NCBI GenBank assembly: GCA_043228905.1
Contig: JBHGNT010000018.1
Span: forward strand, 8,742,001-8,806,000
Source: Azolla caroliniana
Taxonomy: Eukaryota > Plantae > Polypodiophyta
Direction: 5' to 3'
DNA length: 64,000 nt
The first letter of the stretch is position 1. Every line of letters begins with the position of its first letter. Of the stretch, positions 49,301-63,548 are shown one piece after another. The translations under genes and the position numbers were made by a program. The notes below the pieces were generated by a model that saw only the letters and a program-made list of their open reading frames with translations, was not told the origin of the DNA and did no database searches.

Positions 49301-50159
49301 TAATGCTAGGTTTTTTTGGCCAAAAATGAAACCTGAGGTAGAGTCCTATGTTATACGTTGTCCACAATGTCATGTCATTAAGGCCGAGCGACAGAAAAAA
49401 GTTGGCTTATTGGAATCTCTCGATATTCCAGGTTAAAAGTGGCAAAGTATATCTATGGATTTCATAGTTGGATTACCTCGTTTCGTTGAGGGCAATAATG
49501 TCATTTGGGTGGTTGTTGATCAACTTACCAATATGGCAAGATTCATTCTAACAAAATCCACAATTACCGCAAAGCAATTGGCTATTAAGTTTATTAAACA
49601 TTGGCAGAACTTATATGGTCTACCGATGGAAATTGTAAGTGATTGAGACTCCAAGTTTACAAGTACATTTTGGTTAGAAATTATGCAGAAACTGGAAACA
49701 ACCTTGAGTCTCAGTTCTTCTGATCATCCTCAGTCAGATGGGTAGACTGAGAGAGTGAATCAAATATTAGAGGATATGTTGAGGGCATATTAGCTCAAAA
49801 ACCCTCATTATGGGAGACTTATCTTCCTATGGTGGAATTTTCCTATAACAGTGCTAAGCATACATCAAGAAAATATAGTTCGTTCATATTGATGTTTCAT
49901 TTGATTCACATACTTTGGATAATACAAAGCATTTTCTCTCTGATATGCTTGAAGCACATAAATTAGCAGAAGAAAACCTCAAGATGGCACGAGACAGAAA
50001 TGTCTTTTAATGCAAATGATGATAGAAAACCAAGGGAATTTCACGTACCACAACATATTTTTCTACGAGTTCCTAAGAACTCAGAAACGTTGAGAACAAG
50101 ACCGTGTGCAAAATTAGCCCCACGATATTGTGGACCATACAAAGTTTTAAAACGTATAG
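46312..50159 (+). mobile_element. Decayed Ty3/gypsy (chromovirus-like) gag-pol; 44.8-46.3 kb may be its 5' LTR
   Basis: LFDYGSTHNF protease, [48 protein letters not shown]. Confidence 0.85.
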
Positions 50160-53100
50160 TGTTGTCCTCCAGAATTGTAACCACCGGACATAATGCGTAA
50201 AATATAAAAAATCTATTAGAAATGTTAAGGAAAAAGATGTAACGGTTCACGCGAGCAGCATGACTGGCTAAACGCCTTGTGTATATAAAGGGCAGAAATC
50301 CTCTATAAGAGATAGTGTGTAATTTTTGAGCGTGAGGTTTTTCTCATAGAATCTTATCTTCTTTGATTTTCTGTGTCTGTGCAACCTGTGTTGTCTTGTG
50401 TAATTTCTGTGCTATTCGTAAGTGCGTCTCTGTAAGTATAGGGTAAGAGTCAGTGTAGTAGCGCACTCAGGTTCTCGGTTGTAGATGTGAAGCTTCACCC
50501 ATAGATACGCATTATTACACAACTAACGGATTACGGCTCACGCCTCGTGTGGCGTCATACCTTGCCATGCAATCACCTTGAGGTGTATCTCGAAGGATTG
50601 AAGATAGACAGTGTACCATATCGGTAACACGTTTGGCAAGCCCGGTGATTTGTGATTTCTCACAAACGAACAACAAAGGATGGATGTGTAGCCATTGATG
50701 ACCCAAAGAACCGACCCGGCAAGACGGACCACTCACGAGGTCCATCACACGTTAGACAGAGGAGTGCACAAAGCAAAAACCTCGCCTTAGCTATTCCATT
50801 CAGCACTACAAAGTTGACTCCACCATCACAAAACACCGCGACGTCAAGCAGGAAGTCTTGTCACCACACAAGAAACGTGGTCTTCCTCTGCCCACCATAA
50901 CGTTGGCAATGACCTTCTCCTATCCACGCTTCAACAGCGAAACAAACGCCACAAGCCACATCCGGCTGTTCTTGAATGTTTGGAACGCTAATGACATGGC
51001 GCAGTGGCTTCCAGAAGCGGAACCACACGGATCGAAGATTGTAGAGTTCCGATTAACTCTGGATGGTTGAGCGGCGTGCTGGCACTCTTAGATGGACCTG
51101 CCAGTAATCACGACCTTCGATCAGCTGCAATCAACATTTTTGCGATGTTTCCATAGAAGGGTACCGCAATGAGAGATTATTGGGCAATTTTACACCACCA
51201 AGCAATCACCAACGGAATCCGTTGTCGTTACGCTAGGCGTTTCCTCAAGACGAGGAACACCGCTTCTGCTAGGCTATTCAGTGCACGATCTGTCTCAACT
51301 CCGGGCATTCCGTGGTGGAATGCAATATGCGAATTCATTGCCCAATTTGTCACTCAGAGGCAGACACGGTCGAGTAGTGTGAATACAATATGCTTAACAG
51401 ACCTACATCCATAGTACGACACGTAGAACCACAACAACCACTTCGCCGAAATGATCAACGGCGCCAAGAGGAACGACCCCGATATATGGAACGAAATCCG
51501 CGGGAAGACTGTCACTACTATAATCGCCGGAACAACAACTTAGATTCCGATGAAGAGGAACTGGAGGAAGAAGAATATCGGGGCAACAACTGATATAATA
51601 AAGGGGGGCGTCGTTATAACAATCGACGTTTTGCAACCAATCGCGGGGGATTCATTGAACCACGGCTACAGGGACATAATAGGCAGTATAAGGACCAACA
51701 TCGGTATGACGAAAGTTCGGAAGATGAGTGGCGCCAGGAGACACATCGCGAACCTCGGCACCCACCACGGAATAACAGGAGGCTTCAACAAAATCGGGAT
51801 GAACAAGGAATAGCCATGGAAACGGCTACACCGCCAGAGAGAGAGACAAGCGAGTCCAATGTCCATTGTTTCGTATGCCAACAACCCAGACATTATGCGA
51901 CTCAGTGTCCACTTTGCAAGGGCAAAGGACCCGCCATAAATACGATTACAACGGAAGTTCAACAAGTGACAACACGGCAATAAACCAAGAACGCAAGAGG
52001 AGATACGCAAAGGGCCCAAGCCTGGGTAGAAAAAGCTAACGCGGGAAATACGGAACTTATGAGGTAGGAATCCGCGAACAACTTACCAAGGGGAGAAGAT
52101 GAGGCATCACCGGATTCCATATGGCAGGCACTAGCGGACTGCGAGATAACGATGACCATGGAGAAGCTCCTCCGACTGGTTCCACGATTCAGACAAGCAG
52201 TGGAGTAGCACATTACGGGCACATCTGGGATAGATGTCTCGACAAATTTTGCAGAAAGCAATTCCAATCCAACGGTAGTAGACCATCACAACCCAGCCAT
52301 TAAACTGGTGATACAGGGTCAAGAAGTTGACGGATGTATAGTCGATGGGGGTTCCGGTGTCAATGTCATTAGTACGACTACATGTGAACGATTAGGAATT
52401 TTGAATTGGGAAGTTTGCCCTTTTTGGCTTTGCATGGCAAACACCAGATTTGTCTGATCCTTAGGGTTGATCTGGAAATTAGGCATTATCGTCGGCGGTC
52501 ATCATTTGACATTTCGGCAGTGCTATTGGTCCTTGATGCGCCAGGAGCGTACCCAATATTGCTTGGCAGATCGTGGCTTCAGGCGGCTAACATCAAACAG
52601 GACTAGTAGCATAATTGTATCAGTTTCTGACGAGGACGCAACAAAATCCGCGTACCCACTCAGGAAATGGCTGCACAACCCAAGGGCATAACACCATTAT
52701 ATGCACAAGACATAAATATGCTAGAAGAGGTAGATGATGCGGAGCTAGAAGCATACATTGATGATCATCCACGAATCGTCCCATTATTTGAAATTGATAT
52801 TATAGAAACCGTTGTGGATTACCTAGCCAGTAATATGCTTCAGGAAGAGGCGTACGAGCTGGATCCAAAATCGTTACTAGAGCTAAGCAGAGCACGAGCA
52901 ACATTTCACCGAGAAATGGAAATCTCATGGCAAGTCTCCGCCTCAGCATTAGAAGACGTCAACGTCGAAACGACAACGGATCCATGAGTACTCTCGATTG
53001 CAAAGGATTTACCTCTGAGTCAAAAGGAAGCAATGATCGTGTTGCTCAAGGAATATAAAGATGTGTTCGCTTGGTCCCATGAAGACATGAAGGGGTTGGA

Positions 53101-55225
53101 CCCAAAGTTTTACCAGCATAAGATCAACTTAGTTATCGATGCGAAACCTGTACAATAGCGTTGCCAGGGTTTATTCGACTGGTTAAGCAAGCTACGTGGC
53201 TAAGCCTAATAGTCGTAGTACCGAAGAAAAATGGCAAAATCCGCGTTTGCGAAGACTATCGGAAATTGAATGCCATAACAATTACAGATGCGTTCCCCTT
53301 ACCTTTCACCGACAGCGTACTAGACGCAATCGCAGGGCATGACATGTACAGTTTTCTAGACGGCTTCAACAGATATAATCATGTACACATGCATCCTAAC
53401 GACCAAGAGAAAACTGGGGGTTTATGTCGTGGTAATCATGATGTTTGGGTTAAAAATGGCGCTTGCCACATTCCAACGGACAATTACGGAAATGTTTGGG
53501 GAATACATACCTGCCTTTATGCAAGTCTTTCTGGGCGATTTTACGGTGTATGGGACAACAACTGAACATTTGAGTCATTTACAACTTTGTCTGGAGCGCT
53601 GTCGTACTTCACGCTTTAGCCTGAATCCGGCTAACTGCGCATTCAGCGTCACCAGTGGAGCCCTCCTCGGCCATACACCGCACACCTTTCAAATGGACGG
53701 CAGTCGAAGAAAAAGCGTATGACGCACTTAAGATAATGTTAATGCAAGCACCAATTGTACAACCACTGGATTGGGTGAAACCATTCCATGTCTTTGTGGA
53801 TGCTTCAGATATAGCAATAGGCAGCACGTTGATGCAGCTCATGGAGCCGAATTGGTACAAACAAGTCCATTACGCCTGTCGAAAGCTATCAACGGCCGAA
53901 CGTAACTACTCCACAATAGAATAGGAGGCGATGGGAATGACATACAACATCAATAAATTCCGCAATTATCTACTAGGGCGAAAATTTACGTTTCACGTAG
54001 ATCATGCAGCGTTGCTCTACCTTGTGGAGAAACAGGCCCTGATAGGAAAATTGGCTAGATGGACGCTATTGCTCCAAGAATTCGACTTCATAATTCTGTA
54101 TCTCCTAGGTACGCAGCACGCCGTAGCCGATTTCTTCAGCAGGGTGGATAACGGGGAAACTGCAAGCCTTAGGAAAGTTGAGGATGACTTTCCCGATGCG
54201 GACGTTCTACGGGTCGCGATGATAGTGTCACGAGAAGAGAAATTTTTTCTAGATCGATGGCTAATGGAAATGACGTACTTTCTGACTACAAGAATGCCAC
54301 TGCCACAATTAAGGACGGACGAAAAGAAGCGATTGGCTGTCCGTAGCTGTAAATTTTGCCTGGTCGAAGGAATACTGTATTACAAGGGCAACGATGGAAT
54401 CTGGCGACACGGGGTACGTAAGGATGAGAAGGAAGCTATTTTGCGCGAAACTCACTGCGGTACGGTAGGGGGGCACTATGCGGGAGATGTTACGGCCAAA
54501 AACATATGGCAAGCTAGTCTATGGTGGCCTACAACGCGAAAGGACACGCACCTCTATTGCAAGCAGTGTGATTTATGTCAATGATTGGGTTAGCCCATGG
54601 AGGGCGCGAGAATGCCACATCAACCCGTTCTCCTGCTAGATCCATTCCAGAAGTGGGGTCTTGATTTTGTGGGACCCTTTACACTGGCAACAACGCGAAC
54701 AGGTAATAGATATATTCTGGTAGCCACGGACTATTGCACTAAGTGGGTGGAAGCAACAACGTTATGGGACAACACGACATCATCTACGGCAAAATTTCTG
54801 TATGACGCCATTTTGGTTGCCCATCGAGCTCATCAATGATCAAGGGAGTCACTTTCTGAATTCAGTCATTCACGAGCTCACACACCGTTATGCCGTCGTC
54901 CATAAGAAAAGCACGACGTACTATCCACAGGTGAATGGACTAGCAGAGTCCACGAAAAAATCTTGCAGACAATACTGAAGAAGATCATGAATGAAAATAG
55001 AACGGACTGGGATACTAAATTGCACAGCGCTCTACGCCATTCCGGTTGGCATTTGGGTTAGAAGCTGTAATGATTGTCAAATTCCAGGTGCCAAGTCTGC
55101 TGATTCAAGTGCGAGACCGACTAGTAGAAGGCAAGTCTGAGCAGCTACGGTTACAACAACTCCTCGAATTAGGAGAGGCTCGGGTACGTAGTATGGCCAT
55201 ACTGGAGCAGGAACAAAGACGGCGT
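50160..55225 (+). mobile_element. Decayed Ty3/gypsy related to 35754-42945, with probable 5' LTR ~50160-50521
   Basis: VDGGSGVNVI, DAFPLPFTDSVLD, FVDASDIAIG, KWGLDFVGP; TGTTG start and a TATATAAA box. Confidence 0.85.
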
Positions 55226-57145
55226 TGTCGGGGTAGTTGTGGTTCGTGCGGCGAAGTCAGAGGGACTAAGGTTAAGGGGAGTTGAAGGAACTTTTATAAG
55301 GCTTGCGCACAAATGTTAGGAAGATTAAGGATAAGAAGAATAAGAGTTTAAAGTAATGTGAGAGAGAGTGAGACGAGTATAGATAAAAGGTAGAGACAAT
55401 GTATGATTCAAGAAGCAAGATAGAGACAAAGTATGATTTAAGAAAAAAAAGTATATGATATGAACATTATGTATATTACAAATACAAAATTTTACCAAAT
55501 TTACAATGCTTGATAGCAAGATGAACCCTTTCTCTATCGACTCTTGATTTGAACCCTTGACTCCAACTTGGAAACACGAGCCTCTTCACCAACAAGCTAA
55601 CATGTTTGTTTCTTTGATTATCTTATTTCTCTAACTTTCTCTTCTTGACTGATTCCCCTCCCTTACTTGATTCCCCTCTTTTTATAGGTGCCCCCATGCA
55701 TATAATGCATGTGAGGGTAAAGACATGCATGCATTGCATGTGATGCATGATCGCCATTTGGGGTTCATGCAGTACATGTGATGCATGATAGAAATCTCGC
55801 TCATTTGAGCTTCCATGTATGAAAATAGACATGGGATAAGTATAATGATGAAAATACATTCCAAAATAACTAACCTAGCTAAGTGGTGTGTACTTTATGC
55901 TTGGTATACAAGGTTGAGGGTTCAAGTCTCTCAATTTTACTCAATACAATATTTAGCTTCATTCTTTACAATATTTCTAAAAAATAAATAGCCTAGCTTA
56001 GTGGCATGTACATTGTATTTCATATATAAGGGTGTGGGTTCAAGTTTTTCAAATATTATTTAATACAATATTTAAGTTCATTTTTATATCATGAAGCACA
56101 TTCTTCACGACACCCACCCCCTCTGAACTTGCACATTGGTTGTGCAGAGTTCATCCAACACTTATTCCGATTCTTTTAGTTCTTGTACTTCTTCATAAAA
56201 TTCGGGCTCTAGTGACTCCCTCCTTTTAAATATTTTAATCCTTTTCCCTGCAATTGGGATACGAATTTCTGTTCCATCTAATTCATTGAGGAAATATGTG
56301 GCCTTATCTGTTATTTTCCTGACTTCATAAGGTCCAAACCATCTTTTTGCGAAATTCCGAATAGTACTGTATTGATTATTTAGGCTGTTATCATATACTA
56401 ATACCCAATCTCCTTCTTGCACCTTTCTTGGTCGTATTCTTTTTATCTTGTCAAATCTGTCCTTATTCTTGATTCTTGCCTCTTTCAGTCTACTAGCTGC
56501 TTTTTCTATGTCTTCTGTCCTTGATTGAAGTTGTCGTACCCGAATCGCAAGTAAATCTTCCCTACTCATTTTTTATTCCCAAGGCAACACAACCCATGTA
56601 GTTATCTTTTCTTCAATTGGGATTATCGGCTTCTGCCCTGTGATTAATTTTGCAGGCATATATCCAGTAACAGTGCTATGAGTTGTCCTATCAGCCCATA
56701 ATGCATAGGGTAAGACTTTTGGCCAATCACTGACCCGTTCTTTACATGACTTTGCTAAAGCTATGACTATTGGCCCATCTCCCCTTTCTATCTTTCCATT
56801 AGCTTCCGGATTGTATGTCGTTGTCAAAGATAGCCGAATCCCTATTTTGTCGAAAAAATATTGAGCTTCTGCAGAATTGAGCTCTCCCTTATCTGCTACT
56901 ATCTTCTCGATACATTCATATCTACAAACAATGTCCTCCAAGATGAATAAACAGACTCCTAATGTCCCTTTTGTTCGTAGTGCACGTCCTTCCACTTTAT
57001 TTGTTAGATCTTCTCTTGCATGAACCAAGTATGTCTTTTGTCCTACTCCAAGTGGCATTGTTACTGAATCTATCATCCACTTGTAATGTACCCCGGTGAG
57101 TATGTTGGGTGTAATTCATCACAAAATTTTACATTTGAATAATAT
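55226..57145 (-). mobile_element. 3' end of a gypsy element: integrase fragment 56162-57145, PPT, 3' LTR 55226-56112
   Basis: TGTCG...CGACA LTR; AGGGGGTGGG PPT; YNPEANGKIER and RWFGPY integrase motifs. Confidence 0.85.
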
Positions 57146-59821
57146 TGACAAGTGGGACAAGTTTCCACATACTTTTTTATTTGCTCATAGTATCGAGCAC
57201 AATGGTTTGCTTGAACAGCACGAACTACCACAAATGGAAAGGTAAGATGAAAGATCTTCTTTTTGTGAAAAAACTACATTTACCTGTTTTCGCAGTCGCT
57301 AAACCGGAGAGCAAAACCACCGAGGAATGTTTTCACAGTCGACAATGGGTAGGAGATAATGTCCTAAACCATATTGTGAATGAAACGGATGCCAAATCTC
57401 TATGGAACAAACTTTAAACATTCTATGCATCTAAGAAAGGTAACAATAAGTTGTTTTTGCTAAAACAAGCGATTCATTTAGTGTATAAAGAAATTAATTC
57501 CATTTCAGATCATTTAAATGAATTTCGAGGATGTTTCAAGCAAGTTTTTGGTATGGGAGTGAAATTGGATGATGAGATTCTTGCATTATGGTTGTTAAAT
57601 ACTCTTCCTGATTCATGGGAAACTTTTAGGGTATCTTTAACTAATGCAGTCCCAAAAGGAATTGTGACTAGGGAATATGTCAAGAGTGGTGTTCTAAATG
57701 AGGAAATGAGACAAAGGACACAAGGGGCATCATCACATTTGGAGGTCTTGATGGTTGATAGAGGGAGGACTAAGCATAGAAGCCAAGGTCGAAACAACTG
57801 AGGGAGGAGTAGAAGTAAATCAAAACCCAGGTATAAAGATCTAGAATGTCCTTTTTGTGATAAAACAGGACACCTAAAGAGGTATTGTTACAAATGGAAA
57901 AAGGAGAACCACATATCTAATGGTAAGCATGAACAGAACGATGATAATTCTACTCGTGTTAATACAACTTGCTCAGATGATTTACTTGTTGTTTATGATG
58001 AAAACGTAATTAATCTTGCTCACAATGAAACTAATTGGGTTGTTGATAGTGGAGCATCGTTCCATGTCACATCTAAAAGGGATTTTTTTACTTCTTATAC
58101 TTCAGGGGATTTTGGAGTTGTGAAGATGGGCAATGATGGCCTTTCAAAGGTGGTAGACACTTGGACTATTTGTTTGGAGACCAACACGGGATCAAAGTTG
58201 ATTCTCAAGGAGGTAAGACATGAACCAGACATTCGTTTAAATCTTATCTCAACCGGCAGATTAGATGATCATGATGGCTATTGCAACATCTTCAATGAGG
58301 GACAATGGAAACTCACTAAGGGCTCATTGGTTGTAGCTTGCGGTAAGAAATGCTCTAGTTTATATTTATTACAAGCGTATATCTCTACTAATCTTGTGAA
58401 TGCAGTTGAAAGCAACAATATGTCATAGCTATGGCATAAAAGGTTGTTTGGCATTAGTGAGAAGGGACTTGATTTCCTAGCAAAGAAAATCTTGCTTCCA
58501 GGTCTAAAAGATGTGAAGTTAGACATGTGCAATCATTCTGTGGTAGGAAAACAAAGAAGAGTCTTGTTCAAACATCATTCTTCTTCAAGAAAGAAAGAGG
58601 TACTTGAGTTGGTACATTTAGATGTTTGTGGTTCTTTAAAGGTAAAGTCAATTGGTGGTGCACTCTATTTTGTTACTTTTATTGATGATTATTCTAGAAA
58701 ACTTTGGGTTCGAACATTGAAAATTAAGGACCAAGTATTTAATGTGTTCAAAGAATTTCCTGCTTCTGTAGAAAGAGAGACAGGAAAGAAACTGAAATGC
58801 ATTCGTGCCGACAATGGTGGGGATTATCATGGATCTTTCGATGCCTACTGTCGAGAGCATGGGATTAAGCATCAAAAGAAACCACCAAAAACCCTTGGTT
58901 GAAAGGATGAATAGAACTCTAGTTGAAAGAGTTCGATGCTTGCTCTCGTATGCGAAGTTATCCAAATGCTTTTGGGGTGAGGCTTTGAGTACCGTTGCAT
59001 ATGTTATTAACCTATCTCCTATTGTTCCATTATAGGGTGATGTTCCTAATAGAGTTTGGTATGGTAAGAATGTTTCATATCATCATTTACGTGTTTGGGT
59101 GTAAATGTTTTTGTAGATATACCTAAAGATGAACGGTCTAAGTTAGATGTTAAATCTAAAGAATGTATTTTTATTGGGTATGGCCAAGATGAGTTTGGTT
59201 ACAGATGTTATGACCCAATAGAAAGAAAGCTTATTTGAAGTCGTGATGTGGTATTTGTTGAGCATCAAACTATTGAAGATATTGAAAAGGTCAAAGGATC
59301 CAACGCTCAAATAGATGGTGGCCTTATTGATTTTGACTTGATTCCTACGACCAAAGAAGCTACATATGGTGATGCTTCCCAACAAGACGATGACCGTGAG
59401 GATGTTGATGAACCATGTACTATAAATAATAGGGTTGAAGCTAATCATGATGATATTTTACCACAAACGGGCTTTGAGCGGGGGAAGAAAACTTCCTTAC
59501 AAGAGGCGGTCAATCAACAACCTAGAAGGTCTATTAGAGAACGAAAACCATCTATAAGGTATCCTAGTTCAGATTATGTCTTGATCTTTGACGAGGGGGA
59601 GTCTGAAAGTTATTATGATGTTTTAAACCACAAAGATAAGCATAATTGGATAAAAGCCATGCATGATGAAATGAACTCGTTAATGAAAAATAATACCTTT
59701 GATTTAGGGGAATTTACTCAGGGAAGAAAAATTTTGAAAAATAAATTATGGGTATTTAAGTTAAAACAAGGTGATGGTAAGGCTCGTTTAGTTGTAAAAG
59801 GTTTTGGCCAAAAGAAAGGTC
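57146..59821 (+). mobile_element. Decayed Ty1/copia gag-protease-integrase-start of RT, truncated
   Basis: Degenerate PBS at ~57188; WKGKMKDLL, WVVDSGAS, HLDVCG, YFVTFIDD, KARLVVKGF. Confidence 0.87.
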
Positions 59822-60868
59822 AACACGTTCGCGTTCACAAGTGGAAGGATTGCACATTCCACTTGTAGAATCTTCTTAAAACGAAGCAAATACACCCTCT
59901 CTACAATAATTGGATGCACTAGTATCACATGTTCCTCAACTTGATAAGAATTTGCAAATATAAAAATACATGATAGATCTACGAGTGGAGATCATTAGAA
60001 ATCATGCAAGTTTAGACATGTTGATAAGTTAATGTATCTAAATAAAGTTCAACTATGGCTCAATATGGCACTATTGTGCGACAAGGGAAACACTAACTTA
60101 AAGACTTATATTAATTAGGTAGGTTTTACAAAATTATGAGGTGTACTTGTATCCATACTAATAAAATGAGATATAATTTATACTTTGACCCATACGTGCA
60201 TGTATGTAATTGTCGAAAATGTAGGATAGTGCACATTAGGATAAGTGATTGGAATAACTAACTTATTAAAGTATTCAATACTTATATTAAAAGTTGATCT
60301 AATCTATTCCTCAGTTTGTTCATATGGGATCAAACCATATGTGTATATAATTGTGCACAATGTAAGGCAGTGAACTTTAGGATAATGTCGTGGAAATAAC
60401 AAACCTATTAGGCTTTCATACCTGTATTTAAAATTGATCTACTCTATTGCTTAGGTGATTCACACAAGATCAAACTCCGAACGATAACGCAACTGGAACC
60501 ATTATCAACACACTACACAATCTAAGCAGCAATGGAATAGAAACATAATAGTTTTAACAATATAAGACAAAGATCCATAATAACAACATGGACAGTCATG
60601 GCAATAATTATAGGGCCATGTTCTGTTAAGGTTAGCTTGGACCAAAATCAGCCTCCATTTAAGCTAGTTCATGTTTCTCCATAAGTTTGGTAGTCAGCTA
60701 TGCACGCGGTGAAACCAATATCATAAATCTACTAATGAGGTATATAAAAATAAAATTGAAACATATAGATGATTATAAAGAATAGAATCCACTAGGTAAA
60801 ACCCAAAATTTGTATTAATAATGTGAAATCTTAACAAATCGTCAGTGTCATATTCTTTATAGAGTCTA

Positions 60869-63407
60869 TTACATAGCAATCAATTCATCTACGTCATTTT
60901 CTTCATCATCTTGTGTAGAACTGTCTTCGGCTATACGTGCATTGGTTTCCCCTGTTAGCCGGGCCAACGAAATATCTTCTATAAGCTCATCATCAAGCTC
61001 TATTAGCTCTCCCGGTTCGCCGGCTAACGGAGGAATAGGCTCTCGCGAAGCGGGTTGAAACCTTTCTGTATTGGCGAGGTTCTTTGCACCGACCTCCTCA
61101 TCCTGGTCTGGGCACTCCCACAAAGCCTTAATCCGCATATTAATAAATATAACTTGGTCCTCGTCCTTCTCCAATGCAACTGTATTCCTAAACAGCTTCA
61201 ATGCACATGCTGACGTAGTTCCTATGATGTAAGTAACAAGAAGATTTAGTTGTCAAACGAAAAAAGTGATTGGTTATCTCAAGATCGTTACCCTAGTTCG
61301 AGGAATACCTGTGCCAGAAAAGAGATCTAATATCCAGTCTCCTTCGACAAAAAACATCTCGATCAAGCGCATCATAAGTCGTTGAGGTTTTTGGTATGGG
61401 TTGACAAGTCCCCGTTCTGTCGTGGTGACATGTCGCAATTTCCGAGTCACTGCTGGATATACCAACAGATTTGAACCTCCCACTTCATTAGAATGCTCTT
61501 TGATTCTCTGTTTTTTAATTTCATCGAAGTAGCCAACCGTTATGTATTCAATGGCATTAACGAACCGAAAAGTTGGCCCTCTATTTACATTGGTCTTGAT
61601 CCTATAAAAAATAATTCATCGAGTTAAAAATAGATTCAACAACCTTAAGAATTGCAATATAATGAAAGACACCTATAAATAATCCTTACCATGCAAGGTT
61701 CTCGATGCCATGGCAACGAGATCTCAAAGCTTGAGCTACCGAGTACCCTTGGTCCATACTATGAAAGACAACTATTCGCCACAAGGATGCGGTCGTTAGC
61801 TCAGCGAAATCCTTGACCATCTTCTCCAATTGTTTAAACCTAAACGGTTCATTGTCGTATGATGACCCAGCCATTCGAAATCCGTAAGGAATATCCGCAA
61901 TCATTAGCGTATATTCCTTCTTTGGCACCTTCTGGATCAAGTCGATGACATCACCGCAAACCACATTGTAGTAAAGATCTCTCGTAATATCTTTCTTGTG
62001 GCTAAAATTTTTAAACGAGCCATCTTCCTCCATTTCGTACGCCTTGACTAAGCGACGATCCTTTTCTTTTCTGGCTCGCTCGAGATGTGCAAGGAAGGAT
62101 GTAGGGAAATCGTGTATATCCTTAACTTCTCCTTGTTTCTTGCCTCGACACGATTTCTAATAGAAGCAATAGGACATCAGGTATTATTATACAACCTCTA
62201 CATATGATGAAAGGGTAATGAAAAAATATCAATACTAACCCAATCCTTGAATGCAATAAAATACTCTGATAACGCCTTATACGAAGACGTTAGAGGATAA
62301 TCCTCGGTCACTTGTTCCCAAGTTATACATCCAAGTTGTTTCATCATTACTTCTTGGATCTTCATGTACACCTTATGATTGTAAAATTAGAAATCAAGAT
62401 TAGAACTTTGAATTACACCAGATAGACTACGATTTCAGTATTTGAAAGACTTACTTATTGAACTCGGTGACCATTTCTTCAAGGCTTAAATCTTTCGCCA
62501 CAACCCTTGACAAAACGGACACAAGAAGCTGCTCGTCCTTAATACCTTGCATCGCTCTCCATAGAGACAGCTTCATGTCGTCTGCCGCTTCTTCAATTGT
62601 CAAGTCAATTTTCTTGGCGGCTTGTGACTTTAATTCTAGTTGAGGGTCAACCCTACATTTCTTTTGTCGTTGACCCTTTACCTCCTTATTCTCCCACATT
62701 GAGAAGATTTGATCTTGGAGGTCCCATACTTCTCCATCTCTAAACGCCAATTGAAACCAAGATTCATACTTTCGAAGACCATCGGACCTAACATTATCAT
62801 CTACCACAATGCCGACTTCATGCAGACATTGACGTCGAAGGCCTGGATGTAACTTCACACCAAACTTTTGTTTGACATCTAAATACTCGTGGTGGAAGAA
62901 CCGGATACGCTCAATAGACGACATTTTCTGCCTATAGTCATTATCATTATTATGGTCCCATGCCAACAGCTTAGCCTCTTCGGTTGTGAGCCCAACATAT
63001 ATTTTGCACTCGGCATACTTGAAGAAGAAAGTGGTTGGATGTTCTCTTACAAGTTGTCGACGTGCCTCTGCTGAATGCGATCCACCAATGACAAAATAAT
63101 TATATTGATCATGCTTTCTGATATCAAAATCTTCAATGGTTTCACATTCTTCAGGATCCACCATAACAATAAAAGGCACCACTGTGGCATGAGGATTAAT
63201 TTTCATTTTTTTCTTGAGATTTTGAACATGCATGCGATGAGGCTCTCTAATCTCAAGTGGTCTTCGACCTGTGTATAAATATTTGTATTGTATACATGAA
63301 CTCGATACGCCGTATCGAGTTCTTGGGAAACGAAACATATTTACAAAAATGTCCACAGTGTCAGAGGCCTACCTGGACTCCTCGCGCTCGACTCTCTTGG
63401 AAGACAT
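60869..63407 (-). pseudogene. Five-exon gene for ParB-like domain + beta-class N4C/N6A DNA methyltransferase (~734 aa reconstructed); exons 63407-62455, 62378-62240, 62156-61690, 61601-61309, 61221-60869
   Basis: Spliced frame gives VIGGSHSAEA (ParB-like), GDVID..IADIPYG (motif IV), W-IKTN, NPYQKP..LI and WILDLFSGTGTT..A..L.R..VALE (motif I). Intron phases (2,0,2,1) all match. TAG at codon 13; first acceptor reads AA. Confidence 0.82.
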
Positions 63408-63540
63408 GGTTGATCGTGTTGTGTGGAGGCGGAGATCGCGCTTTCGTGCTTTGTGCTTTGAGTGCTCTGTGTGCTCTGTGTGCTCTGAGTGCTCTGTACG
63501 CTCTGTACGCTCTGGTGAGTGAAATATGATGAGGTCTTCC

Positions 63541-63548
63541 TATTTATA
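63541..63548 (-). promoter_or_regulatory. TATA box of the methyltransferase gene
   Basis: CCTATAAATAGG about 135 nt upstream of the ATG, followed ~25-30 nt later by a pyrimidine Inr-like TTTCACTC. Confidence 0.6.

Noticed and set aside
59837-59866. 10-bp hairpin as a Helitron 3' end
   Set aside because: No CTRR terminus at the expected distance on either strand.
62451-63356. Stand-alone 301-aa ORF or bacterial contamination
   Set aside because: It is exon 1 of a spliced gene with a TATA box and GT-AG introns, contiguous with plant retroelements.
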